This document shows positions 24,830-37,093 of a stretch of DNA of 64,000 nucleotides, one piece after another. This DNA comes from Rhizophagus irregularis (lineage: Eukaryota): NCBI RefSeq assembly GCF_026210795.1, contig NC_089435.1, positions 4,154,001-4,218,000 of the forward strand. The letters run 5' to 3'. The position numbers were made by a program, and so were the translations under genes. A model generated the notes under the pieces. It was not told the DNA's origin, did no database searches, and was given only the letters and a program-made list of their open reading frames with translations. Numbering within the stretch: the stretch's first letter is position 1; every line of letters starts with the position of its first letter.

Positions 24830-27463
24830 TTATTTATTTATTTATTTTATGTGAAGACGGACAGACTATTAACAGGACATATACGTAACCGTGCTATCCT
24901 ACTTCTAGCTATCATCCCCCCGAGGACGGACCCGAACTTCTTTAAATCCATCGAACCAGGATGATCCCCTCCCCTACCAGAAAGGAACCAATGAACCAAT
25001 TAAAAAGTGAACTAATTAACCCGTATTTTTCTTTCAACCATCAAGGTCGCCACCTGTAAATACTGTCATAGGTGGAATGATTCACACTATTTGTAATTGT
25101 TAATATCTAACATAATACGAACCGACAAATTCAAAAAATGAATTACATAATATAGAAACTAAATTATTTCAAATACGAAATTTAAAAATTAAATCTATAT
25201 TAGAGGGTAAGAAGTCTTCTTCTTTGGTATCCCTACAATCGAAAAGACAAATTTTTTTTGTTAGAGGTATGAGGTCACCATAATTATTATAATGATTATG
25301 TCTGGCGCGACGCTTTTTTTGGCGACGTTCTATGATTTTCGTGTCATCGGAGGTATCACCAAGATCATCTTTTATATATTGGATATCATTTGCGCGAATA
25401 ATAGCGCGGTATGGTTTAAAGGGGTAATGTTCATCCTTGTATTTTTGTCCAAAATTTGTTATCAAAGTACTAAGACGTTTTGATGCAACTGTTCGTTTGT
25501 CGCTGCTTGTCTTTTTAGACGTTCCATAAGCGAATTTGCGAATACTGGCCATACGTTCATCAAAATTATCGTTCATTTGAGTGAAAAACTCCATAGCATT
25601 AGTACGCCTAAGATAATGTTTGGCAGAGGTGTTATGATCTTTTATGTCCTTAATGACATTTGACCGTTCGTTAAGGCGATCTCGAGCTTTGATCTCACTG
25701 ATGCGATCATCGTCTAAACCTAGCATATATGCGTCTCTCAAGGAAAGCTGAATTGTAGAGTCTTGTAATAAAAGCACGGCATCTATGTATTCCGATGCAT
25801 CTTTACCATAGTGTTCGTCAATAAGATTCATGATATACCAATCCTTATAAGAATTTTCAGGTGTATCATCCCGGCCATCCTTAACGGAAGAATGATTCTC
25901 ATCATCGGAGTCCTGATCCTTGATGGCACTGCGTAATGCAGAAGAAATGTGAGGAGGAAATATCCTATCATCAGGTAGATGTAGAAGAGTACAGTTCTGA
26001 TCGTATGGGAAACGGAATAAAGGAACGGTTGGGAAGCGTTTAAATAATCCCATGTTGAATTTTAAATGAGGAATCCGTTTATTGAACTTTTGATATCGAT
26101 AGAAAAGGAATTTCCGTTGATTCGCCAGTTTAATCTTATGTCAGAGTTTAAGAGCCATCCCAGTTTTAGGTTTATTATTGTTGAAAACACGTCGACAAGA
26201 TCGGTCAAAACGAGCATTCTGCCGTGCAGCTATACGTGGATTAGAACTTAACGTACGAGAGAAATTTTCGTAAATCTTGGTGTACATAGGACCAATAGCC
26301 TTGTAAGGTGGTAAAATTGAGTCAAGGTTGTGCGCTTCATAACGCGTTGTATAAGAAATGCCCAATCGATTCGAAAAAATCTTTTGCTTTGAGTTATCGT
26401 TATATTTCCTATAAATTATGTTGGCGTGAAAACTTTTGTGATGAACGATGTTATTCTTAGGTGCTGTTACTGCCTTATCCTCTAAAGGAGTTTTTATTAT
26501 TTGAGCGATGGCCGAATGATGTTGGTTACAAGCGTGTCGATTAAAATTTTTTACAAAAGGGCACGGTGTACGGCATGGTGTTGTTTTTTGATGAGGAGAC
26601 TTCGTTGTAGGTAGATGGTTACAAGCTACATAGATACCAAAATAAAATCTGTATCGTTTGTAAGAGAAGTTGAAAAAGGTTTTGGTGATATTATTACTAC
26701 ACGTGATTTTTCTTTCACGTGATGCTATCAGATTGAGTCTATCTAACAACTTGAGTCGTATCATGTTAAAAAATTTATTTTGAATACGCCGAGGAATAAC
26801 TCGTTGATGTAAAAAAAAGTGCGTGAGGCACTTCGATATTTGAAATCGATGATTAGGTAATTTGCTTGTGGAATAATACCGAATTGGAGTAGATAACATA
26901 TGATGATCGTTTGTGTATATCTTTAGGTGAATTTCATTGGTGTCTGGTATTTGATCGACAACCTCGAAAAAGAAACTTTTTGAACGCCTACATTCGTAGA
27001 TCTTGTTATAACCTGCTTTAGACGTAGCGGTCACATAAAATTTTTCGAAAGAGACCAAAAAAGAAAAGGTCGAAAGTTTCGGTGGAAGTAAAGGAGCTTT
27101 GACTATGATGGTCGGAAATGTGTTATCCTGTGGTTTAATAGTCGTCTCTGAAACATTATCTTTAGCAAGTCTGCCTTCAGGAATTTTTCGTCTGCTATCA
27201 GAATGTTCGTCCAACTGCGGATAAGGTTTCGAAGGTTCATATGGAGCCACGGAAAAGTTGGGTTGGTTGTAGTTTGGAGCTGACATAGTCCCTTAGTGTG
27301 GGATAAGATGAGAACTAAAAACCTTGTATAAGACCAAGGTGCCCGCTTGGGCCTCGTCCCCTTTAGCGTTTCAAATAGAAACTAAAAAAAAACTTTGCGA
27401 AATTACTGCGGAAAACTAACAAAATAAAAAAAGGGGAAAGAGTTTTTTTACTTCATCAGTTGA
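24830..27463 (-). mobile_element. 2.6-kb retroposed-type element with single long ORF, 18-bp TSD and (TAAA)n 3' tail
   Basis: Exact TSD TCAAATTTCTTCCTCCAT at 24812-24829 and 27464-27481. Minus-strand 3' end ATAAAATAAATAAATAAATAA (24850-24830). No TIR or LTR, intronless, visibly more GC/CpG-rich than the flanks. Confidence 0.9.
25169..27286 (-). CDS. Element-encoded basic protein of unknown function, 705 codons interrupted by one in-frame TGA (26143-26141)
   Basis: The 381-aa and 294-aa track ORFs are in the same frame, separated by TGA plus 29 open codons (HKIKLANQRKFLFYRYQKFNKRIPHLKFN). Cys/His cluster CNH..C..PCP..HACNQHH and FSNRLGISY motif. Confidence 0.75.
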
Positions 27464-27491
27464 TCAAATTTCTTCCTCCATACATAATTAA

Positions 27492-27850
27492 TCTATCTAT
27501 ATATTTAAAAACACTGCAATCACGTGGGCGTTATGTTTAGATTAACCATATAAATAAGTCATTTGAATTGTGTAACCCTACTCCTATTCGTCGCCAATGT
27601 TACACAAGACCAAAAAAGGAAATTTTATTTCTGGCGAAAAACTGAAATTTTGGGTTACACAGGATTCCATAAAAGGAAATTGTCGGTTACGCAAATTTCC
27701 AAAAAAGGAAATTTTGTCTTCTGTTACTTTTCAGAGAAATTAAAAAAATTGTGTTGCTCAAATTTCCAAAAAAGGAAATTCTTTGCAGATCTTTTAATTC
27801 TGGCCGGAATTACATATTAACTGTTGTCGTAGACAACAGGTGAACACTAG
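27492..27850 (+). mobile_element. Non-autonomous Helitron (359 bp)
   Basis: Starts TCTATCTATATA, ends CTAG, sits between host A and T with no TSD. Hairpin CTGTTGTC-GTA-GACAACAG (27821-27839) lies 11 nt before the 3' end. Excision restores the Kelch reading frame. Confidence 0.92.
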
Positions 27851-28689
27851 TGTATTATTATTAATACCACCATTAACAGATGTAGCACCCACGATTGATT
27901 GAATTATATTAATGTTTGATAAATCATGCTATAATAAATTTTGAGTATTAAATGGAACGGATAAATCAAGGTAAAAAAATTCTTTACCAACCTGAATCGT
28001 CGTATCCACTTAAAATATACAATTTGTTATCGATAAGCGTAGCAGTATTACGACTTGAGACAATTGGCTTATAAGGTGTCATTTGGCAATTTATTTCAAA
28101 TAATAATTGAAGTAAGAACCACAATTTAAAATATATTAAAGTTTTTGACATGATTATGCTCTATTTAATAACTTTATTTTGGTAGAAAAGAAAAAAAGTT
28201 CATTTATTGTTTAAAATTAATCAACTGAAAAAAGCTAGCTTGCGATCAACAAAAATCTTGGCATACTAAGTACTATTCTATTTTTAAATTAATTGTAAAG
28301 CATCCTTCATTTTTGTACCAAAGAAATAATAAAAAAATTAAATGATATGACGAATTTAGTTAGTTTTTGGCTTAAATCTGCATTACCTCTATACTGTAAA
28401 AGGTTACATGAGGAAGAACACTTACAGTAAGATCAACTTTATATTCATATTTCCATAGGTGGTAATAATAATGCGGGATTAGTTTTATTTAGTACAAAAA
28501 AAAAAAAGAAATAAGTAGGGACCCAAGACAATCCAGACGAGAAAAATTTTACTATTAGTTGTGCACATTTTTTCAGGGCCGGAATTATTATAACGCCAGT
28601 CAGTTTCTAACAAACAAAGATAATAAATATCTACTGGAATTATATAAAAAGGAAAACTAGCACTTAAAATAAAGGTCAAAATTTGGAAC

Positions 28690-28830
28690 TTACACATTTG
28701 TATTAAACAGGATACGTTGGATGGTTGTTTATAGCGAAACGACATACAGTATTTATCTGAATTAAGTATTTTTATTTTTACATCGATAACCATTGGCAAT
28801 TTTATCTTGCATCATAAAACCTACAAAAAA
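28690..28830. repeat. Dispersed repeat, inverted copy at ~42650-42830
   Basis: CATCGATAACCATTGGCAATTT..TTGCATCATAAAACCTACAA versus its reverse complement at 42656-42730. Confidence 0.75.
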
Positions 28831-29149
28831 ATCAAAATTTCTTGATATAACCTCTAAATTTTTATAATTAATTAAAAGTATAAATGTTGGTTGCCGTAAG
28901 TAGTAATTACAGTATTTCAGATTACACGGATTACGGCTCAAAATTATGAAAACACTGTGTAATACGAAATTATGCCGTAAGTTGTAATTGGTTGTATTTA
29001 AATTATTAGATTAATTTGTGATTGAAATCACAATACCTGTGACACACGTACTATCGGCCTGATGACCTGATCTCACAATCAATTTACTGACCAGAAAATT
29101 GGACAAAATTGTCCAAATAAAAAACTCAATTCCGGCCGGAATTGCTTAA

Positions 29150-29420
29150 TGAAAATTTTTAAATAAATAGTGTAAAATAAATAGTCAAGAAAAGGAAGTA
29201 AACTTAAATAGACTTTCTAGAGAATTAGATAAAAGGAAAAGGGAATTTCATCAGTAGGAAGTAAAATTAGTATGATACCATTATTACCGGTCAATATATG
29301 TTTTATATTTAGTGTACCGATAGGACCCTGCGATAAAGAGTTTCTGAAGGACATTATAGACTTAGCTAAATTACCAAGAGAACCAGATAAAATCTTTAAT
29401 TTCAATAGTGATTATTTGAT
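29150..29420. repeat. Dispersed repeat; inverted copy at ~35120-35720 is interrupted by a MITE
   Basis: GAATTTCATCAGTA..TACCATTA..CCGGTCAATA..TTTAGTGTAC..CCTGCGATAAAG..CTTAGCTAAATTACCAAGA matches the reverse complement around 35256-35589. Confidence 0.8.
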
Positions 29421-29679
29421 ACAAATGCCTCGGATATGTGACGTCGTGATGAACTGGACTTAATAGCGGTTTGTATAACAAAATTTACACGTAAGAGAAC
29501 CTGGAAAATTTAAAAATCTATCTAAAAAGATTCTTAAAAAAAAACTGTATGATTGGCTGATACCGGATGAAAAAATATTTATTTTTCTATGATTATGATT
29601 ATGATTGGAAAGTTGGCATAACACGACAAAACAATAAAACATTATGATATTCACAAGACCCAGTTGGTCAGAAACTAAT

Positions 29680-31100
29680 TTATTTGGACAGGTTTACTAT
29701 TTATAATTTATTATTTATATATACAGAAAAAAACATAAGAAGCTACTGTTACCGAAATATATCGGCAAGTAAAGGTCGACGGTTGGTTAAAATAAGTCAT
29801 ATAAACACCAGGTTATCAACAGGATTCTTACTCAATACTACTTATCCGGTATTGTTCGTTAAGAATCGTCAAGATAAATACCTACAAAATACGATAATGA
29901 TAACACACGTCGAGTAATAAATGAATAATATATCAAAACACACAGAAACAATAATTAACGATACGATGTATAATGGTTTTTATTAATAACGTTATGAAGG
30001 GATAGGATTAAGGGTTTACAACAAAGCGATAATAAATGATAAAAAGTGATAGGGAAAAGGATTTCTACTATAGCTGGTAAAATACAATCTTTGGTCCTCC
30101 CTACTTTTATCAACGAGTTGGTGAAAGGTATTTATATCTATTCTCCATCTCTTTTTCCAACACCATCTATTATCATATCAAAATCTAATCTACCGATAGG
30201 TTCTAAACACATAACGGAATATGTTTCATGGTAATATGGCTAATTACTATAATAGTGATAAAAATAACCATTATAAGCCCTCCTTTTGATAAGTTACGAA
30301 TGACAAATTCTATCAGTTGATTATTATTAATCAAATTATCCTTCATTAACTCTTATTATAGATCTTATACATCAACATACATCAATAATCTTTTAAATTA
30401 CAATTATAGACAATAAATAATATAATATAATAATAATACAAACAATATTGTAATATATGATTATTCTATCGCTACATATGTAAAACTAATAATAAAAATA
30501 ATAATAAAATTGATAAAATAAAGAATATTATCTATATGGCTAATTTAATGTACACAACCTGCGGTCATAAATCGTTATGTAATGATAGAAATCGACATGG
30601 ACACAAATTATATCGGATCGTTATATAAACATCGAATAACGTCGAACATCGGATGTGCATTTTATCGCGTAACACTACACACCCAATTTGGTAATATAGT
30701 TTTTCCTACACACATTCTTAAGGAAGATCCGCGTTAATAAACTTCGAGGAAGTTACGTATCGTTTATTTGCAATACCCTGGAGAACTGTTTGAAGAGGAT
30801 TATTAGTATACTAGGGTTACTAGAAAATTATGGCTTCTTTGAGTAGTTGTTTAAGGAGGTGACGTTTAGAGTTTTTATCACAGGTGGTCAATGTGTTAGA
30901 TCAATGAAAAGGTATAATCTACTAACGGAAAATGGTGGTCGACCGGGAAGGGCTATTATTATATTTTATCTTATTGTATATTAAGTATCTGGTAGCGAGA
31001 ACTCATACGCGACATACTACTATTTTAATAGTACCATAGTTACTAGTATATTGTTGTAGCAGTTGGATGCTTATTAATGTACTCTCCTCTTTCACTATGT
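29680..31100 (-). mobile_element. Probable degenerate LINE 3' remnant
   Basis: Intronless decayed coding-like stretch with an LHNDL*..RC-like motif resembling the IWxxRC region of LINE ORF2 C-termini, followed by T-rich 3'UTR-like sequence. Many stops. Confidence 0.35.
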
Positions 31101-33292
31101 CTTAGTAATTAACGCTTAAAAAAAAAAAAGATAATAAAAAAGTTATTAGCCACTTGTACTGTTGTACAGCCTCAATTTTCTGTGTCTCATCTGTTTTTGC
31201 TTCAGATGATAGTCACTTGATTTGGTGTTCATTTACGTAAAAGTTAATTATGGTAAAATCTTATTCGAAATGAAGGATTCTTTCTTATAACCCCTGATTC
31301 TTTTAATAATTTATTAGCAATGTCTCAGAAACTACTTAATGCTGGTCCTGCTATTGGTAAACTAAATATGTCACTCGTAATATTCATTGTTTGCATTGTA
31401 TAACATTTAAAAGTTCAAAATTGTTAAAGTTGTTAATGTGAAATTATACTGTATAGTACTTCATTAACATAATTATAATTTATATAATTTTATGAACTAA
31501 AGAATCACCCCGTTTTTTATTCCCTTATTATTATTTTTCTTTAACAATGTGAGAGACGCTTCTTGGATAACTGAAATTGGTTTTAATAAACATAATGTGC
31601 ACAAGATATCAATAGTATTTGGTAGAAATTTGCTAATCCTTTTGAATAAAAAAAGCAAGCTAAAGAATCATGATCAATAAAAAAAGGAAAATAAATTATT
31701 TCAATAAAAAGAACAAGTCACATATCTTACAATTAATAGAAAAGTATCACTAGTGCCCTAAAGAATAAAAGAATCTACTGAAAAACTATATTTAAAAAAG
31801 AATGGAATAATTAGTATTATTCTTATACGGCAATATCTTAATATCAGTTACTAAATTTTTAATGCCCTTGAAACTTGTTTGAATTGCTTGTGCCCATCAT
31901 TTATTACCAATATTTTCTTGTTCCTTTACAATTCTTAATGCTTCAATTGCTTCATGTAGTATTAATTTGTAATCTTTAAATAGTTGCATTGTTTGATCGC
32001 TTGTTGATTTTACAATTGTAAATTGAGTAGATTCATCATTATTCATTAAATTCATTATGTTATTAATTTTATTTAACCCATTGCAATTAAATCTCTCAAT
32101 TGGTATTCGATCATGGATTCATTTTTTCTAGGTCTCTTTGCAAGAGATTTACATTGAGAACATTTATACTGAAATGTTAAAATATCAGATGCTTTTTCTG
32201 AAGTATAAGAATCTTTATAAATATAATAATACAGTACTAGCTGTCACTTTCACCTATTAAATCAATGATCATCTTGGATAATTTTTTTTGGATCATATCA
32301 ATTGAAATATTGCAATTAAAATCTATACCAGTTAAATCATTTTCTAAGTATTCATTAGTATCACGGCAATTTCTAAAATCTATTCAAATAGCTGTTTTCT
32401 TCTAGTGTTAAAAAGTTCCGAATTAAATTGATTAGATTGTTCATATTGTAAAGCAGCATTATGGAGACATATATTACAAGTTTAAACTGGTGTGTATTTA
32501 AAAGTAAAATTTTCGACATTTTTTACATTTCTGCAATTACTAGTTATAATATCCATGTTTGAAGTAGAAAAGTGATTTTTTTTTATTTTATTTTATTTTA
32601 TTTATAGAAGAGGAGTGAACGTTATCTGTTACGCAAATGTATCATTCTTATACGTGTACGACATACTATCTTATACGACGTACAGTGGGTTACAAAAAGT
32701 GACCGACAACCTAAAAATTAAATAAAATTAAATATTCTCATTAATAATTTTATTTTTATTTTAAAATTAAGTGTGTAAAAACTTATTTTGAACCATTTTC
32801 TTGCTTGATTAATGTTAAAATTGTATATAAATACTTAATTTTCAGAGTAGAAATAATTTCAACATTTTAACCAAAGCAGATAGAGTAAAATAGGTATAAA
32901 AAATTGATTCCTTGACTAAAAATTAGCTTATTTTCAAAAATTCAGAAAGATTCAATCAGTAGTTGTTGAGAAATCTACTTTTAAAAATCGGCAAAATTTG
33001 ATGATCTACATATAAAATTATAAGAATTTCACCAAAATTCATTGATTTTAAAAGTAGATTTCTCAACAACTACTGATCGAATCTTTCTGATGTTTTGAAG
33101 ATAAACAAATTTTAAGTCAAAGGATCGATTTCTGGTATTTACATTACTCTAGCTGTTCTGGTTAAAAAGTTGAAATTTTTTTCACTCTGAAAATTGAATA
33201 TTTATACACAATTTTATTATTAATTACGTGAAAAAAATGTTCATAAAATGGATTTTACATTTCTAATTTTAATATAAATATAAGAAATAATG

Positions 33293-34070
33293 TATTTACC
33301 TATGGCCCGCCGTAAGCACAAAAAGTATATACAAAAGTTATCATTTGAATATACAAAAATGTATATTCAGATATTAACTTTTGTATATTCAAATAACCAC
33401 TTTTGTATATTCACATGTATAAAAGTAGTCATTTGAATATACAAAAGTGGTTATTTGAATATATAAAAGTTATCATTTGAATACACAAAAATTATCATTT
33501 GAATATATAACATAAAGTTAACATTTGAATATACAAAAGTTGACATATGAATATACAAAAGTTAACATTTAAATATACAAAAGTTATCATTTGAATATGC
33601 AAAAGTTATCATTTGAATGTACAAAAGTTATCATTTGAATATATAGTAGATTTCCAAATTAAGCAGTAATTTTTTTTTAATTCTAGATTTGGCCAAATTG
33701 ATAGCATATTGAATTTTGTATATTCAAATGATAACTTTTGTATATTCAGATAACAACTTTTGTACATTCAAATGACCACTTTAATACATGTGAATATACA
33801 AAAGTTGTTATTTGAATATACATTTTTGTATATTCAAATGATCACTTTTGTATATTCAAATAATAACTTTTGTATATTCAGATAATAACTTTTGTATCTA
33901 CTTTTTGTCCTTACGGCGGGCCATATTTACCGCACCCTGCGTTACAAATTTATATATATTTTTATGTTTATCATTTGCCATTTTAAGGGGGTGCGGTGTA
34001 TAAACTAAAGATCGACATAAACAATTTACAAAAAAGGAAGGATGCGTTGTAACGCAGGGTGCAGTAAATA
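33293..34070. mobile_element. Small TIR element (third level), left TIR split by the 33301 insertion
   Basis: TATTTACC|GCACCCTGCGTTACAA versus TTGTAACGCAGGGTGCAGTAAATA; TSD not evident. Confidence 0.7.
33301..33925. mobile_element. TIR element filled with a 22-bp minisatellite (innermost)
   Basis: TIR TATGGCCCGCCGTAAG/CTTACGGCGGGCCATA; 6-bp direct flanks TTTACC; many TATACAAAAGTTATCATTTGAA units in both orientations. Confidence 0.88.
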
Positions 34071-34355
34071 AATTCACTCTAAATATAAAAATATTAATGA
34101 AAATGGTTGAATTTATTTAATTTTTAGGTGGTCGGTCACTTTTTGTAACCCACTGTATATGTCACATAATATAGGTCGTATAAGATAGTATGTCGTACAC
34201 GTACTATAAGAACGATACATTTGCATCTGTTACATTAACAACATGCGCAACCTAGGCTACTAACAGCCATTCAGGTAAGTAGAACTACATTTCTCATTCC
34301 AAAAAAGTAGAACCCCACCCTTCGATCTAAACTATACTAGGAGTAAAACTACGCT

Positions 34356-34510
34356 TAGCCTTAGGTATATAATGTGTTATATATTTTTTAAGGGTATATA
34401 CCATGTCTAAAAATAGTATACACCATGTTATACTGGGTTTATATTATTTCTTGGGTATATACCAGGTATATACCTTTAAATATATACCGGGTATATATTC
34501 CCCATTCCTA
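34356..34510. mobile_element. hAT-like MITE
   Basis: 8-bp TSD ACTACGCT (34348-34355, 34511-34518), TAG..CTA ends, internal GGTATATACC repeats. Confidence 0.7.
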
Positions 34511-34712
34511 ACTACGCTACTACTAGTACTAAAGTAGAAAAGTGATAAAAAATACCTTGTTGTTAAAAGTTTAATTTATCACAATTATGAGATAATCACA
34601 TGATTTTACGCAGAATTTTTTGGGTGCTCTTGGGATAGTTTTTTCCCATAGAAAATCTTGTCTGGTATCAGCTAACCAAATTAATAAAATTGACTATCCT
34701 TCATAAATAAAA

Positions 34713-34997
34713 TAGGGCTCTTAATCGAACCAATTAACATCGATCATTAAATGGTTCAATTAATGACTCAATCGCAAATATTGGCCTGATTAAAATTGAA
34801 CTAATTTTTAGTCGAACTAATTTGTTTTTCAATTTTTGCATAAAAAATATTAATATGAAATTTTTATAAAAATTCAATCATTGATAATGGCTTAAATTTA
34901 ACGATCGATTTAAAAATCGATTGCATGTGATCAATTAAGCTTAATCTCGATTACACACCTGCACGATCGATCGATCAATTCCTCGATTGCAATCCTA
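34713..34997. mobile_element. hAT-like MITE
   Basis: Imperfect TIR TAGG..AATCGA / TCGATT..CCTA, AATAAAA direct flanks, internal ATCGAT repeats. Confidence 0.6.
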
Positions 34998-35255
34998 AAT
35001 AAAAGGTATCAGTTGAGTTATACAAACCATTACCAAGCTGTTAATTTTAGTGTTGTACATAGTCACGACGTTATGTGCCAGATGGACATCTGAGACATTT
35101 ATATTTATATAACTAATAATTATTATTGAAATTAAGGATTTTATTCCTTTAATTCCTGGTTTTCTTGGTAATTTAGCTAAGTTTTATAAGTTATAACATC
35201 CTTTATCGCAGGATCCTATTGTACACTAAATGAAAAACATGTATTGACCAGTAAT

Positions 35256-35589
35256 TAGGGATGGGATCAGTTTCGTCAGCTCCATTTCAGTTCTTCATCG
35301 GTTCCCGCTTCAGTTCTCATTAAGTAAAATATGAGCAGGTAGAGCATGCAATGAAGATCGATTAGAAAAATTTTGATTGGTCATCAAACAATGGTTGGTC
35401 CGTGATCATCATAATTTTGATGACAATCCGATTTGGAGTGGTTCCTTCAAACCAGTTCGGAGCCGGTTCTGGTTCAATTTTTAGAACAGTTCCCAGAGTA
35501 TTTCAAGTTCAGACTTCAGAATCTGCTAAAATTAGAATCGGTTCCAGAACCGGTTTGGAACCGCTCTGTTTGGAACTTCCCCATCTCTA
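35256..35589. mobile_element. hAT-like MITE
   Basis: TIR TAGGGATGGG/CCCATCTCTA; TSD CCAGTAAT/CCGGTAAT; GGTTC repeats. The empty site is visible in the homologous repeat at ~29280. Confidence 0.88.
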
Positions 35590-36113
35590 CCGGTAATGGT
35601 ATTTTACTCGTAATTTAGTATTTCTTTACTGATGAAATTCTCCTTTATCTAATTTTTCAAAGTATATTTGAGTTTTATTTCCTTCCTTAACTATTTACAT
35701 TATTTATCAATTTTCTTTAAGTAATTAACTAAGATAATTTATTGGCATTACAAATATCAATTCATATTTGTATGACGGAGTTATTATTTGATCACTATTT
35801 CTAATGTGTTGAGAATCTAGAATTTTTTTTTGTTAGCAGATATGTTTTTAACTTCAGTTACTTTATTCTAATTAATTGAATTAATCAACTTATTGGATAA
35901 ATTAACATTCATATTTAAATTTCAAGATTAAATGTAGGGAATGGAAACTGTTGTTTAAACGACAATATTTAATTTATTTATTGACGTCAGTGATGAAACA
36001 AACAATATGGGTACTTTCGAGATCATGTGCAATGACATTCTGCAAGTTGCAGATAAGGACATTTTATGTTATTAAATCTATAATTTCGCTTCGCTCCAGA
36101 TTAATTAGCTTAA

Positions 36114-36703
36114 TTGCCGATCTGCCTAAAATCGGCACTGCGTTACTAATAAAATTCGGGGATAATAGCGATAATAAAAAAAAGCATTTTTTGCATCTCG
36201 CGCGCAAAATAAGTTTCACCCATTTTACAAACAGAAATATCATAAATACAATATTTTCTTTCATTTTATGACAAGTCATATTTGCCAAAAAATTTTATAA
36301 TTATATTTCTGTAACTGGTTTTCTTCAACTTTCACTTGTTTTTAATAATAAAAATATTTCAAAAAAGCTTTTAAAAACAACTTTAGAAGCTAAAAATTAT
36401 AGGTTTTTAATGTAAATAATGCAATATAGTAAAATGAAATATTGAAATTTCGTATATTTTAAGGTGTAAATCTGACGCGCGCGCATACTAGTAAACTCAT
36501 TATTTTGCATACGAATGTATAACTTTTTTTTGCAAATTCGTTTTTTTCAAGTATTTTTTCAGTATATCATATGATTTTTTTTATAGTCAATATGTCATCT
36601 ATGAGAGATATCCTTTTTTGAAGTTTGTGTTCTAGTACAAAATCGGCAAATTTAACCCCGAATTTTATTAGTAACGCAGTGCCAATTTTAGGCAGATCTG
36701 CAA
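36114..36703. mobile_element. TTAA-flanked TIR element
   Basis: ~47-bp TIR TTGCCGATCTGCCTAAAATCGGCACTGCGTTACTAATAAAATTCGGGG, TTAA on both sides. Confidence 0.85.
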
Positions 36704-36708
36704 TTAAA

Positions 36709-37093
36709 TATGGAAAGCTGTCCTTGACAAAAGGTTGATATCCAGACATCATGTTGGATAATGTCTAGACATCATGTTTGATATATGTGGGATGATGTTT
36801 GTACATCATTCAACATGATGCTCAAGCATCAACCGACATGACGTCTTAGACATCACGTTACCAAATATAGTAAATTTTATTTTGTGTAACTCATAAATAT
36901 ACTATATTTGGTAATTTGATCAGCATGATGTCTAGACATCATGTCGGTTGATGTCTTTCACATCATGTTGAATGATGTACAAATATCATCCTACATATAT
37001 CAAACATGATGTCTAGACATACCATCATGATGTCTAAATATTATATTTCATGATGTTTGGACATTAACCTTTTGTCAAGGATGGCTTTCCATA
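36709..37093. mobile_element. Palindromic (foldback) MITE with GATGTCTAGACATC repeats
   Basis: Ends TATGGAAAGCTGTCCTTGACAAAAGGTT / AACCTTTTGTCAAGGATGGCTTTCCATA. Related copies at ~43585-44503 and ~44700-44885. Confidence 0.85.

Larger units (their letters stand above)
23468..28150 (-). pseudogene. K3: Kelch-TM pseudogene split by a retro-like element and a Helitron
   Basis: The 5' part (28150-27851) has a frameshift in the signal peptide and an in-frame TAG. Removing both insertions restores NNTLIMYGGRNLTN. Downstream exons follow, and the last exon (ESDILLLD..PS-rich..AMAGAIIGTLFDVILLSFGSYFLYKWNK) has a short tail. Confidence 0.9.
32683..34155. mobile_element. Tc1/mariner-type foldback element nested in the MULE-like MITE
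   Basis: TIR CAGTGGGTTACAAAAAGTGACCGAC, TA flanks, long internal palindrome centred near 33020. Confidence 0.88.
32633..34224. mobile_element. Mutator-like MITE (outer element of nest)
   Basis: TIR GCAAATGTATC..TACGTGTACGACATACTATCTTATACGAC; 9-bp TSD ATCTGTTAC (32624-32632, 34225-34233). Confidence 0.88.

Noticed and set aside
27365..27460. Hammerhead ribozyme at the element 5' end (CTGATGA ... GAAAC on minus)
   Set aside because: The core motifs are ~80 nt apart and I could not build stems I-III. An Infernal search would be needed.
31200..32500. Minus-strand coding-like remnants (also ~3000-3560, 5570-5990, 18150-18850)
   Set aside because: Multiple stops and frameshifts and no family I can recognise, so too weak to call.
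33325..33900. 22-bp repeats as a CRISPR array
   Set aside because: The units are contiguous with no unique spacers, occur in both orientations inside a TIR element, and the context is eukaryotic.
35402..36752. Short ORFs here, including two sharing LIADLPKIGTALLIKFG (35951-36271, 36567-36752)
   Set aside because: They are translations of MITE sequence; the shared peptide comes from the two TIRs of one element.
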